Notes: generated by a model not told the origin, from the letters alone. DNA of 64,000 nucleotides from Rhabdothermincola salaria (GCF_021246445.1 NZ_JAJQXW010000001.1:620001-684000); one strand, 5' to 3'. Counted from the stretch's first letter, positions 9,453 to 19,070 are shown. Made by a program: numbers and translations.

Positions 9453-10448
9453 TTGGGCTTGAGCACGTTCGAGGGGTCGTTGCTGGGGGCGTTCGCGAAT
9501 GCCGAGTCGTTCGCTGCCTACGTCTTCGACCCGGAGTCTCTGGCGATCGTCGAGGCGAACCCGGCGGCGGCGGCGTTCTACGGCTACCCGCTCGAGCAGC
9601 TCCTCACGCTGAGCGTCGACCAGCTCGTGGCCACCTCGGCGTGGGACGTCGCCCACCGGGCCATCGAGGCGGTCGACGACCCCGACCGCGACAACCTCCA
9701 CGTCCACGCCGACGGGAGCCCCATCCCGGTGTGGGTGCACGCCTTCAACGTGACCGTCGACGGCCGGGTGTTGCGCTGCATCCACGTCGAGGACCTCACC
9801 AAGTTGATGAGCGCCCGGGTGTACGCCGAACAGCAGCTGCGAACCATCGTGCAGACCGTCGGCTCGGTGGTGCGTCGACGCGACCCCTACACCGACCGCC
9901 ACCAGATGCGCGTCGCCGACCTCGCCGGCCTGATCGCACGGGAGCTCGGGCTCTCCACCGACGAAGAGGCAGGCGTGGTCACCGGGGCGATGATCCACGA
10001 CATCGGCAAGATCGGCGTGCCCAGCGAGATCCTCACCTATCCCGGCATCCTCGGCAGCACCGAGATGGCGCTGGTGCGCACCCACCCCCAGGTCGGCCAC
10101 GACCTGATCACCGGTACGGAGTTCCCCTGGCCGGTCGACGAGATGATCCTGCAGCACCACGAACGCATCGACGGATCGGGCTACCCGAACCAGCTGAAGG
10201 GCGACGCCATGCTGCCCGAAGCGCGGATCATCGCCGTCGCCGACGTGGCCGAGGCGATGGCCTCACACCGTCCCTACCGGCCCGCGCACCCTCTGGCCGT
10301 CGCCCTGCACGAGCTCGAGCAGGGCGCCGACACCCGCTACGACCCCGAGGTCGTGGACGCCGCCCTGGCGGTGCTGACCCGCCCGGGGATCAGGCTGCGA
10401 CCCCCGGCCTACGGCCATCCTCACGTCGACGAGGCCCGCGACATCTGA
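9453..10448 (+). CDS. PAS + HD-GYP c-di-GMP phosphodiesterase
   Basis: PAS (EANPAAAAFYGY); RDPYT..H, IHDIGKIG and HHERIDGSGYP; start (TTG) estimated. Confidence 0.9.
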   Translation: MGLSTFEGSLLGAFANAESFAAYVFDPESLAIVEANPAAAAFYGYPLEQLLTLSVDQLVATSAWDVAHRAIEAVDDPDRDNLHVHADGSPIPVWVHAFNVTVDGRVLRCIHVEDLTKLMSARVYAEQQLRTIVQTVGSVVRRRDPYTDRHQMRVADLAGLIARELGLSTDEEAGVVTGAMIHDIGKIGVPSEILTYPGILGSTEMALVRTHPQVGHDLITGTEFPWPVDEMILQHHERIDGSGYPNQLKGDAMLPEARIIAVADVAEAMASHRPYRPAHPLAVALHELEQGADTRYDPEVVDAALAVLTRPGIRLRPPAYGHPHVDEARDI

Positions 10449-10580
10449 CACCCGGTCTCGGCGTCGACGACGCCGCCCCGCGCGGGGCCGAAGGGGCCCT
10501 CACCCGGTCGGGGTGTCCGGGTCCTGGGAGCACGGCGCGACGGTGTCGCCCCACGACAGCCGGGCCTCCGCCTCCCCTCC

Positions 10581-10717
10581 CGCCGGTCGGGTGGCTCGCT
10601 GCTGGTGAGATGGCGAACGGCGGCGGGCAGGGCCTCGACGAGGGCCGGGCCTCCACGTCTCTTCGCCGGTCGGGTGGCTGCTGTACTGGTGAGATGGCGA
10701 ACGGCGGCGGGCAGGGC
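10581..10717 (+). repeat. ~53-bp direct repeat x2 duplicating the start region of the GT8 gene (MANGGGQG twice)
   Basis: cgccggtcgggtggct...ctggtgagatggcgaacggcggcgggcagggc at 10581 and 10664. Confidence 0.9.
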
Positions 10718-11623
10718 ATCCACGTGGTGACGGCGGCCGACGAGGCCTTCGTGGCGCCGCTCGCCGTGCTGCTGCAGAGCCTGGCCGACACCGCCGACGA
10801 CCAGGGCGTGGAGGTGACCGTGCTCACCTCCGAGGTGGACCCCGTCGAGCCGCAGGCGCTGCTCGCGCCTCGGTCGGCGCCGCGCCTCGAGGTGCGGCCG
10901 CTGCCGGTGCCGGACGCGGCTGTCGACGGCGTGCACCTCCCCAGGTACCTCGGTCGGCCGTCGGCCTGGCGGCTGCTCATGGGCTCGCTGCTGCCACCTG
11001 AGGTGGGCCGGGTGATCTACCTCGACGCCGACACCATGGTGCGCCGCTCCCTCTCGGATCTGGCCGATGTCGATCTCGGCGGCACCACCCTGGCGGCGGT
11101 GCGTGACCCGGTCCTGCCCTGGTTCGGGGCGCCCGGCGCCATCGCCTGGGACGAGCTCGGTCTCGATCCCGCCACCCCCTACTTCAACTCCGGCGTGCTC
11201 GTCATCGACCTCGACCGCTGGCGCACCGACCACGTGGGGGAGCGAGCCCTCGACCTGGTGCGCCGCCACCGGCTCTCCTACGGCGACCAGTGCGGGCTGA
11301 ACCTCACCCTCGACGGGGCGTGGACGCCGCTGCCCCCGTGCTGGAACGTGCAGGCCGGGCACCTCGGCCGGCGCGACACGCTGGGCTGGGTGGCCGAGCC
11401 CGCCGACGAGCTCGAGGCCGCCCGCACCGACCCCGCCCTGGTGCACTTCAACGAGTCCCACTTCGGCCGTCCGTGGGCCGCGATCAGCACCCACCCCTAC
11501 GTCGCGGAGTGGCTCGACGTGCTGGCCTCGTCCGGGCTGACCGAGTGGGCCCCTCCGCCCCCGCCCCGGCGGCGTCCCCCCGGCCGCTTCCGCCGCGCCG
11601 CCGGCGTCCTGCGCCACGGCTGA
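10694..11623 (+). CDS. Glycosyltransferase family 8
   Basis: RVIYLDAD, YFNSGVLVIDL, GDQCGLN, WNVQ and LVHF motifs; alternative in-frame start at 10610. Confidence 0.9.
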   Translation: MANGGGQGIHVVTAADEAFVAPLAVLLQSLADTADDQGVEVTVLTSEVDPVEPQALLAPRSAPRLEVRPLPVPDAAVDGVHLPRYLGRPSAWRLLMGSLLPPEVGRVIYLDADTMVRRSLSDLADVDLGGTTLAAVRDPVLPWFGAPGAIAWDELGLDPATPYFNSGVLVIDLDRWRTDHVGERALDLVRRHRLSYGDQCGLNLTLDGAWTPLPPCWNVQAGHLGRRDTLGWVAEPADELEAARTDPALVHFNESHFGRPWAAISTHPYVAEWLDVLASSGLTEWAPPPPPRRRPPGRFRRAAGVLRHG

Positions 11624-11821
11624 GGTGGGTCCTCGGTTCGTGTCTCTTGCTGGCGGCGGTGAACGGCGGGGTGTTGCGCCACGGCTGAGGTGGGTCTTCG
11701 GTTCGTGGTTCTGGTGGGGCGGCGGGGGTGGCGGGCGGGTGGTGTCGTGGTTGAGGTGGGTGCTCGGTTCGTGTCTCTGGTGGGGCGGCGGCTGGTGGCG
11801 AGGGGGTTGCGCCACGGCTGA
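11611..11821 (+). repeat. Degenerate ~65-70-bp tandem repeat (~3 units) starting at the GT8 stop
   Basis: gcgccacggctgag gtgggt..tcggttcgtg.. recurs at 11611, 11676, ~11745 and 11809. Confidence 0.75.
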
Positions 11822-11958
11822 AGCCGGTGACCGGCCCGCACGCTCCGGGTGAACTCGAGGTCCCGTGGCCGGGGCGCGGCGGGGGCCGGAGTGGCAGCCG
11901 TCTCGCGTGGCCGCCCGACGGTGACTCGGAGGGGTGCTGGCCGTGATAGGAGAGCGGG

Positions 11959-13719
11959 GTGGCGGCGAAGGGCGTGGACGAGAAGGCCCGGTGGTCATCG
12001 CCGGTCTGGTTGGCTGCCGTCGTCGTGGTGGCGGTGGGGATGGCCGCGGTCGTGGCCTTCGCGACGCCGGCCGGCCAGCCCTACGACGAGCCCTCGCACT
12101 GGGACACCGTGGCCTTCTACGGGGCGGAGCACCGGCTGCCCGAGCTCGGGCGCCCCGGCGTCACCTACCAGGCCCAGATGGGACCGGTGTTCTACGGCGT
12201 CGGCGGCGCGGTGCTGTGGGCGATGGGCGCCGACGTCACCAATGAGCGTGGCTTCTCCGCGGTGCGCCTCCTCAGCGTCGCCCTCGTGGCGGCCGTGGTG
12301 GTGCTCACCCACCGCCTCGCCCGCCGCCTGGTGCCGGGACGTGAAGGGGTGGCGCTGGCGTCCGCCGCGTTCATGGGCCTCACCCCGACCGTCACGCTGT
12401 TCTCGGGATCGGTGCAGAACGACACCGCCGCGCTGGTGGCGGCCCTGGCCGCGGCCGTGCTGGCCTCCGGGTTGCTCGCCCGCCTGGGCGACGCGTCGGT
12501 CAGGCCGTACGTGCCGGCTGGGGGGCCGGCCTCGGCGGTGGGGGATGGGTCGCCGACGGGGCGGGGCGAGCCGGCACCGGCGGTCGTGTCGGGACAGGGA
12601 CGGGCGTCGGCCGCGTCGGCTGACGAGGGTGGGTCGGTTGCTGCGTCCGGGGTCGGTCGGGGGTTCGGGGCGGCCGGGGCCGCGGGTGGCGCGTCGGCTG
12701 ACGAGGGTGGATCGGGGGAGGGGCCGGCGTCGGCTGGATCGGCTGGCGAGGGTGGGTCGGTTGACGAGGGTGGGACGGGGAGGACCGGAGCGACCGAGGA
12801 CTGGTGGCGCTGGATCGCCCTCGGGGCGGTCATCGGGGTGGCCGTGCTCACCAAGGTGCAGACCCTCGCGCTGGTGCCGGCCGTGGTCGTCGGCGCTCTG
12901 ATGGTGCCCGCGGCCAACCGGCGTCGGGCCCTGGTCGGGGCGGGCGTGGCGCTGCTGGCCGCCGCGGTCGTGAGCGGATGGTGGTTCCTGCGCAACCTGG
13001 CCGTCTACGGCGACCCGACCGGGCGCAGCGCCATCGAACGCTCCGGCGAGACGTTCGACCCGCTGCCGCTCGCCGGCCTGGGCGACGTGGCTTCGTGGGT
13101 GCGGTCGCTCATCAGCGCGGTGTGGGTGCCCACCGAGTACCACCGCAACGCCTACGAGGCGCCGCTCGTGCTGCGCGGCGCGGCCGTGGCCGCCACCGTG
13201 GCGGTCGTGGCCCTGGTGGTGTGGTGGCTGGCGACCCGGTGGAGGGGGCGAGGATCCCACCCGGCCACCTCCACCTCCACCTCCACCTTCCCGTCGTCGT
13301 CGACGCCGGCGCACTCGTCCCTCCCGCCGGACGTGGCGTCGAGGGAGGCACCCCTGGCGTCGTCGGCGGAGCCGCCGGAACCGGACACAGGACGACGACG
13401 GTCACCGGATCCAGGGTGGGCGCGATCCCGGCCGCGGGTGCGGCCGGAGGTGGCGTTCGCCTGGGCGTGGGCCACGATCACGTTCGTCGCCTACGTGGTG
13501 ATCGCCTTCGGCATGTCGTCGCTGGGCCCCCGCGCCGTGTACGTGGCTGCAGCCCCGATCGTGATCGGCGTGGCCGCCCTCGTGGACCGACTGCTGCCGA
13601 ACCCGCTGTCCCGGATCGTGGCCGTGGGCACCCTCGGCTTCGCGCTGGGGGTCGACATCTGGTTGGCCGTGCAGGCATCCAGGATCCCCGAACAGGTCTT
13701 CTGGATCCCCCTCACCTGA
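11959..13719 (+). CDS. GT-C fold membrane glycosyltransferase (ArnT/PMT/DUF2142-like)
   Basis: PYDEPSH, YQAQMGPVFY, VQNDT, LTK and WWFLRNLAVYGDPTG motifs; many TM helices. Confidence 0.75.
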   Translation: MAAKGVDEKARWSSPVWLAAVVVVAVGMAAVVAFATPAGQPYDEPSHWDTVAFYGAEHRLPELGRPGVTYQAQMGPVFYGVGGAVLWAMGADVTNERGFSAVRLLSVALVAAVVVLTHRLARRLVPGREGVALASAAFMGLTPTVTLFSGSVQNDTAALVAALAAAVLASGLLARLGDASVRPYVPAGGPASAVGDGSPTGRGEPAPAVVSGQGRASAASADEGGSVAASGVGRGFGAAGAAGGASADEGGSGEGPASAGSAGEGGSVDEGGTGRTGATEDWWRWIALGAVIGVAVLTKVQTLALVPAVVVGALMVPAANRRRALVGAGVALLAAAVVSGWWFLRNLAVYGDPTGRSAIERSGETFDPLPLAGLGDVASWVRSLISAVWVPTEYHRNAYEAPLVLRGAAVAATVAVVALVVWWLATRWRGRGSHPATSTSTSTFPSSSTPAHSSLPPDVASREAPLASSAEPPEPDTGRRRSPDPGWARSRPRVRPEVAFAWAWATITFVAYVVIAFGMSSLGPRAVYVAAAPIVIGVAALVDRLLPNPLSRIVAVGTLGFALGVDIWLAVQASRIPEQVFWIPLT

Positions 13720-13891
13720 CATCGGTCGGTGGACGCCAGCGGCCCCACCGCGAGACGGGCGGCCTGCGGTCCACACGCGTGCTCCGGCGGAGGACCGGAG
13801 ACGGACGATGCTTCCCATCTCGGCGGCCGGTCGGTTGCTACGGTGGCCGGACCCGGCGAGGGCGCGTCTCGCCGCGGACGAAGGGATCTCG

Positions 13892-14893
13892 ATGCGATCT
13901 GGAACCGTGTCCAAGCTCGCCGTCACGGGCGTCTCCGTGACCGCTCTCGGGCTGTTCGGCTTCGCCGGACCAGCCGGTGGTCAGGAGGGCGGCACCGCCT
14001 ACGCCTTCACCGGCGAGACGCAGAGCTACACCATCCCCGACGGGGTGTGCGCCATCCGCGTCGAGCTCTCCGGCGGCAACGGCGACGACCTCGCCGGCAC
14101 GGCGCCCGCCTCGCCCGGCGTGGGCGGGGCGATCGCGGCGACGCTCGAGGTCAACCCCGGCGACGTGTACACCGTGGTCGTCGGCGGCGCCGGACAGGGC
14201 GCCGACGGTGGTTGGGGCGGCATGGCCCCGGGTGGCGACGGAGGTCTTCGCGAGACCGGTATCAGCTCGTTCGGCACGGGTGGGGGCGGCGGCAGCTACC
14301 TCGCGTTCGGTTCGACGGTGCGGATCGCCGCCGGCGGTGGTGGTGGCGCCGGCGCCAACGTCGGTGACGGCGGCGACGGGGCCATCGGCGCCGCCGCCGG
14401 TGATGACGGCGGCACCCCCGGGAACACGTTCGCCGGCGGGGCCGGCACGGGCGCCACGCAATCCGGCGTCGGTCTCGGCGGCGAGCCCGGCGACGGGGTC
14501 GGCGCCGACCCCGGTCAGGACGGCTCCGCGATGGTCGGCGGCAACGGCGGCGATGTCACCGCGCCGACCGCCGGTCCCGGTGGTGGCGGCGGCGGCGGTT
14601 GGTTCGGTGCCGGCGGTGGCGGCGGCGCCACCGTCAGCAGCAGCGGTGGTGGCGGTGGCGGCGGGAGCTCCTCGGTGGACGCTTCCGGGGTCGATGTGGC
14701 GGCCGGCTCGCTCGGCCAGGACGGCGACGGCAACGGCCAGGCCCTGATCACCCCGGCCGCCGATTGCGTCGACCCGACCACCTCCACCTCCACTTCCACC
14801 CCGACCACGACGACGTCCCCGAGCACGACCGCCACCCCCACCACCAGCACCGGCGCCCAGCCGGCGGTGGTGACCCCCCGCTTCACCGGGTAG
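13892..14893 (+). CDS. Secreted glycine-rich protein with Thr-rich linker and C-terminal VTPRFTG
   Basis: Signal peptide; FTGETQSYTIPDGV, IAAGGGG and GGGGGW.GAGGG motifs. Confidence 0.85.
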   Translation: MRSGTVSKLAVTGVSVTALGLFGFAGPAGGQEGGTAYAFTGETQSYTIPDGVCAIRVELSGGNGDDLAGTAPASPGVGGAIAATLEVNPGDVYTVVVGGAGQGADGGWGGMAPGGDGGLRETGISSFGTGGGGGSYLAFGSTVRIAAGGGGGAGANVGDGGDGAIGAAAGDDGGTPGNTFAGGAGTGATQSGVGLGGEPGDGVGADPGQDGSAMVGGNGGDVTAPTAGPGGGGGGGWFGAGGGGGATVSSSGGGGGGGSSSVDASGVDVAAGSLGQDGDGNGQALITPAADCVDPTTSTSTSTPTTTTSPSTTATPTTSTGAQPAVVTPRFTG

Positions 14894-15179
14894 CCACCGC
14901 TCCGGTAGGGCGCTCCCAGTCGCTTCTCCGGACCCGAGTGGCCGCCATGGAGCGGGGACCACGATCCGGGCGACGGCCGGAGAGCGCCTCCGGTCGGCGG
15001 AGCACCGGGTCGGTGTCCGACATCGCCGGGTGCACCGACGATGAGCGCTGGGGTGCCCCGCATCGCTCGACCACAGCGACCGGCTGGAGGGTCGGATCCG
15101 ACGCGCCGCGGTCGACCACGACGGGGTGCGTGGCCACCCCGGCTCGGTCCGACCGGATGGGCGCCGGGGCGGGTGAGCC

Positions 15180-17276
15180 TCAGAGGGCGTCCTGGGAGAG
15201 CAGGACGCTCAGCTCGGTGGCGGGGATGGGACGCGACCACAAGAAGCCCTGGGCGTGGCGACAGCCCAGCTCCAGCAGGGCCCGACGCTGGGCCTCGGTC
15301 TCCACGCCCTCGGCGAGGGTGTGCAGCTCCAACGACGCGGCCAGGCCCATCACCGCGTCGACCACCGCCGCGTCACGGCGGCTGGTGGCCAGGCCAGCCA
15401 CGAAGCTGCGGTCGATCTTCACCACGTCGATCGGGAAGCGGGCCAGGTAGCTGAGGCTCGAGTACCCGGTGCCGAAGTCGTCGACGGCGATCAGCACCCC
15501 CAGGGCCTTGAGGCGTTCGAGCGAGGTCAACGAACGGCGCGCGTCCTCCATGAGCGTCGACTCGGTGATCTCCAGGCACAACGCACGCGGGTGCAGCCCC
15601 GACGCCTGCAGCGCGTCGCTCACCAGCTGGGGCAGCCCGGGGTCGGCCAACTGGTGGACCGACACGTTCACGCTCACCGTGCGCCGCGTCCCCGTGGTCA
15701 GCACCGGCCACCGGGCCCCCTGGCGGCAGGCCTCCACCAGGGCGTGGGCCCCCAGGTCGTGGATCAGCCCGCTGCGTTCGGCCAGCGGGATGAACTGGTT
15801 GGGCGACACCGGCGCCGCGCCCGGGCGCTCCCAGCGCAACAAGGCCTCGGCGCCCACCACCCGGGAGGTGTCGATCTCCACCTGGGGCTGCCACCACACC
15901 CTCAGCTGACCGTCGGCCAGGGCCTCGGCCAGCTCGGCCGCCCGTCGCTGGTCGTCGTGCGACAGCGGGGCGCGGGCCCGCGGCGACGGCGCCGAGGGGT
16001 GGCCGGTGCCGCCCGGGCCGGTCCGGTTCGGTCGGGCCGATGGTCCGCGGTCGTCGCCCGTGCGCATCGTCGAGCCGGACGTCGCCGTCGGGGCCGCCAC
16101 CTCGGTGGCGCTGAGCACCGTGCGCTCCGCCCCGAGCAGCGCCGACAGGGTGCGGTCCAGCACCACCCGCAGGTGGCGCCCTGCGTCAGGTCCTGCACCC
16201 GGGTCGGCGTCCATCGGGGAGATGATCTCGTGGTGGGTGCGGGCGGGATGGCGCAGCACCTGGGCCAACAGCGCGGCGGCGTCGGTGCCGGCGAGGAAGC
16301 CGGTCTCGCCGATGCTGTGGCCGAGGACGTGGCGCTCGTCCAGACCGAACAGGGCGGTGGCGCACCGGTTCCAGTAGTCGATCACCCCGTCGTCGTCGAG
16401 CACCACCACCGCCGCCCGGTGGTGCTCCGCCGCCACCCCCTCCAGGCGGTCGCGATACCGCCCGCGCACCACGTCGGTCACGTCGACGGCGGTCACCGCC
16501 ACGTCGATCACGTCGCGGTGGGGCCGCCGGGTGCGCGCCGCCTGCAGCAGCGAGTGGCCCCAGCCGGCGTCGCCGCGCCGCGAGCGCACCACCCGTTCGG
16601 CGAAGTCCACCCGACCCTCGGCCACGTCGGTGACGTCTGCCAGGAACAGCGGGCGATCGGCGGGGTGCAACGGGTGCAGCGCCCGCGAGATGTGATCGCC
16701 CGGCGCCACCTGGGCCCGACGCCACACCGCCTCGCTGCACTCCACCACATACCCGGCCCGGGAGTAGACGACCCGCCGGCGCACGCCGTCGTCGTGGGCG
16801 CCCAACAGGGCGCTCACGGCCCCGAAGGTCTGGTCCTCGACCGCTCGTCCCGGGCGGGCTTCGGCCACGGTGACCACGACGGTCGGTGTCGCACCGTCGC
16901 GGTCGGGACGGTGGGCCCGCACCGTGACGTCGAGTGGGCAGGGGTGATCGGGCGTACCCAGCGCGAAGCGGACGCCCGGGGCCTCGGGGTCGACGAGGGC
17001 GACGCCGAACGAGTCGCGCAGGTCACGGGCATGGGCCACCCCCTCGGCGGCGGCGTCGTCCCAGCGCCGGCCGACCTGCTCGCCCGGGGCGAGACCGGCG
17101 AACAGGCGGGGGTGGTGCAGGGCGGGCTCGTCCCAGCGCAGGTCGGTGAGCACGGCACAGGCCTCGGCGTCGAGGGCCACCACCGCCACCCGAGGCTCGG
17201 ACACCGCACGATGGGGGAGCGGCCCGGCGCCGGAGGTCGCCTCGGCGCCGAGCGGAGCAGTCGCCCTGCTCGTCAT
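15180..17276 (-). CDS. PAS-containing EAL-domain c-di-GMP phosphodiesterase (no GGDEF seen)
   Basis: WQPQV, EALLRW, VSVNVS, LEITES, DDFGTGYSS, KIDRSF, EGVE and QGF motifs; PAS YWNRCATALFG. Confidence 0.9.
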   Translation of the reverse strand: MTSRATAPLGAEATSGAGPLPHRAVSEPRVAVVALDAEACAVLTDLRWDEPALHHPRLFAGLAPGEQVGRRWDDAAAEGVAHARDLRDSFGVALVDPEAPGVRFALGTPDHPCPLDVTVRAHRPDRDGATPTVVVTVAEARPGRAVEDQTFGAVSALLGAHDDGVRRRVVYSRAGYVVECSEAVWRRAQVAPGDHISRALHPLHPADRPLFLADVTDVAEGRVDFAERVVRSRRGDAGWGHSLLQAARTRRPHRDVIDVAVTAVDVTDVVRGRYRDRLEGVAAEHHRAAVVVLDDDGVIDYWNRCATALFGLDERHVLGHSIGETGFLAGTDAAALLAQVLRHPARTHHEIISPMDADPGAGPDAGRHLRVVLDRTLSALLGAERTVLSATEVAAPTATSGSTMRTGDDRGPSARPNRTGPGGTGHPSAPSPRARAPLSHDDQRRAAELAEALADGQLRVWWQPQVEIDTSRVVGAEALLRWERPGAAPVSPNQFIPLAERSGLIHDLGAHALVEACRQGARWPVLTTGTRRTVSVNVSVHQLADPGLPQLVSDALQASGLHPRALCLEITESTLMEDARRSLTSLERLKALGVLIAVDDFGTGYSSLSYLARFPIDVVKIDRSFVAGLATSRRDAAVVDAVMGLAASLELHTLAEGVETEAQRRALLELGCRHAQGFLWSRPIPATELSVLLSQDAL

Positions 17277-17314
17277 GGTCAGTCCCAACACGTCCTACGC
17301 TCCCGCCGGGTGGA

Positions 17315-17394
17315 CCGTGAGACAGCCCGCTCAGGCGGGCGAGTCGTCACTGACGACTCATCTCACGGGATGTGGTCAAGCGAATGCGCCTGAG
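17315..17394 (-). ncRNA. Candidate structured cis-regulatory RNA (three-way junction) in the 5' region of the PAS-EAL gene
   Basis: Perfect stems 17315-22/17361-68, 17325-30/17335-40 and 17341-49/17351-59; alternative pairing 17330-37 with 17387-94. Confidence 0.5.
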
Positions 17395-17527
17395 TCTCGC
17401 GCTCGCGGACGGCTCCGGGCGCGGATCCACACGTTGCGGACCGGCCGTGGTCGCAGATGGGCCCGTTCCTCGCCGATCGGCTCCGGGCGCGGATCCACCC
17501 CCTCCGGACCGACCCTCGCCAGCCGCC

Positions 17528-18094
17528 TCAGGCGTCGCGGAGGTCCTGGGCGAGCAGGAGGGCCATCCGCACCTCGAGGCGGCGCAGTTCGGCGAAGGCC
17601 TCGTCGTCGATGCCGATGATGTCGCCGAAGAGCACCACCCCGAAGACCCAGGCCACCACCCGCCGGGCCAGCAGGTCGGCCACCTCGGGATCGAGGCCCA
17701 AGTCCTCGACGAAGGGGGTCACGATCCGCTGGCGCAAGAAGCCATCGGCGGGCCCGTCGAGCATCTCCGGGGCGATGATCGTCAACCAGTTGATGACCTG
17801 CACCACGATGCGGATGTCGCCGGGGATGCCTGCCCCGTCGGGCGCGAAGGGAGCCAGGTCGCGGGTCATGTCGGCCAGCATCGACTCGAGGGCGGCCCGG
17901 TACAGGCCCGCCTTGCCGCCGAACCACTCGCTCACGAAGCGGTGGTGGTGACCGGCGCGCTCGCTGATGGCCCGCACCGTGATCTGGTCCGGCCCCATCT
18001 CGTGGAGCAGCCCGACGGTGGCCTGCACCATGTTGGCCATGCCCTCGGCGCGCGGCGTGGGCAGGTTACGGCGGGGGAGGACGGTGTCACTCAT
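17528..18094 (-). CDS. TetR/AcrR-family regulator
   Basis: N-terminal ITVRAISERAG...FVSEWFGGKAGL HTH; ~188 aa. Confidence 0.85.
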   Translation of the reverse strand: MSDTVLPRRNLPTPRAEGMANMVQATVGLLHEMGPDQITVRAISERAGHHHRFVSEWFGGKAGLYRAALESMLADMTRDLAPFAPDGAGIPGDIRIVVQVINWLTIIAPEMLDGPADGFLRQRIVTPFVEDLGLDPEVADLLARRVVAWVFGVVLFGDIIGIDDEAFAELRRLEVRMALLLAQDLRDA

Positions 18095-18368
18095 CTCGAT
18101 GTGGCCAACTTCCCGGTGGCGAGGTGCTGCAGACCAGGATCCTCGCCGACCACCGCCAACGCTAGGGCCGCACGGCCCGCCGCGGGGTGCCACCGGCCCG
18201 AAGGTGCTCGCGAGTGGTCCCCGACATCGACCCGGTGAACACGCTGGTGGTCGGCGGTGGGTGGAGGCTCGCCGACGGCCAAGGGCACCCCCGGAGTATG
18301 GAAGGTCCTTCCAACTGTGCTACACCTCCACCGTTCACCAAACGCTTGCCTGACGAAGGATCACGACG

Positions 18369-18698
18369 ATGTCGGTGGATGGAACCGCAGCTCGACCCGG
18401 GGCGACGCGGGCCATCGGCGTTCCTCCACGGGAGGGCACGACGAACGCCGCCGCCGCCGACGTGGCGGCCGTGCTGGCTGGAGCGCGAGTCCGTCGGGCG
18501 TCGGCCGCAGCACGGCTGCGCCTCGAGGTCCGCACCGCCGCCCTGGGCTGGCGCTACGAGGTCCACGACGGGGCGCTCGGCGGGGGAGCACCCGTCGATC
18601 GGGCGACGGGCTGGCGGCCCACGCGGGGTGGTGCCCGCCGCGCCGGCATCCGGGCGATGCGTCGCAGCCGTCCTGCCCTCACCCAGCAGTCGTCCTGA
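18369..18698 (+). CDS. Small basic hypothetical protein (GWRYE...TGWRPTR motif)
   Basis: AAGGA RBS; shares its motif with the downstream small ORF. Confidence 0.6.
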   Translation: MSVDGTAARPGATRAIGVPPREGTTNAAAADVAAVLAGARVRRASAAARLRLEVRTAALGWRYEVHDGALGGGAPVDRATGWRPTRGGARRAGIRAMRRSRPALTQQSS

Positions 18699-18870
18699 AC
18701 CCCCAGCATGTGACCACGGGGCGTGGTGGACCACCGCGTCTCGTGAGCTTGCCGACGGTAGGGGTGGGGGAGAGGATGGCCGTGGCCCCCTGGACGGCGG
18801 GCCACGGCGACGGCGGAGCGGTTTCGGGTCGTCGACGGCATCCGGATCGCACACTGCACAGGAGCGCGGC

Positions 18871-19035
18871 GTGGCCACGCACAACGGCGGACCCCTCTAC
18901 CTCGACCTCGTCGTCCGGCGCATCGGGTGGGGCTACGAGATCACCGGCGTGGCCCACACCACCGGCTGGCGCCCCACCCGGTCCTGGGCCAAGAAGGCCG
19001 GCAAGCGCCGGCTGCGCCGCCTCCACCGCCGCTAG
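18871..19035 (+). CDS. 54-aa basic hypothetical protein (GWGYE...TGWRPTR motif)
   Basis: CAGGAG RBS, GTG start, high-GC3 codons; paralog of 18369..18698. Confidence 0.7.
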   Translation: MATHNGGPLYLDLVVRRIGWGYEITGVAHTTGWRPTRSWAKKAGKRRLRRLHRR

Positions 19036-19070
19036 CACGTCGGCTCGCCGCCTCGTCGCTCCGTCGCCGC

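Noticed and set aside
17315..17400. ZTP (pfl) riboswitch
   Set aside because: GCCCGCCUG resembles its 3' hairpin, but the 5' domain and UGGG consensus are not matched; left as an unknown candidate
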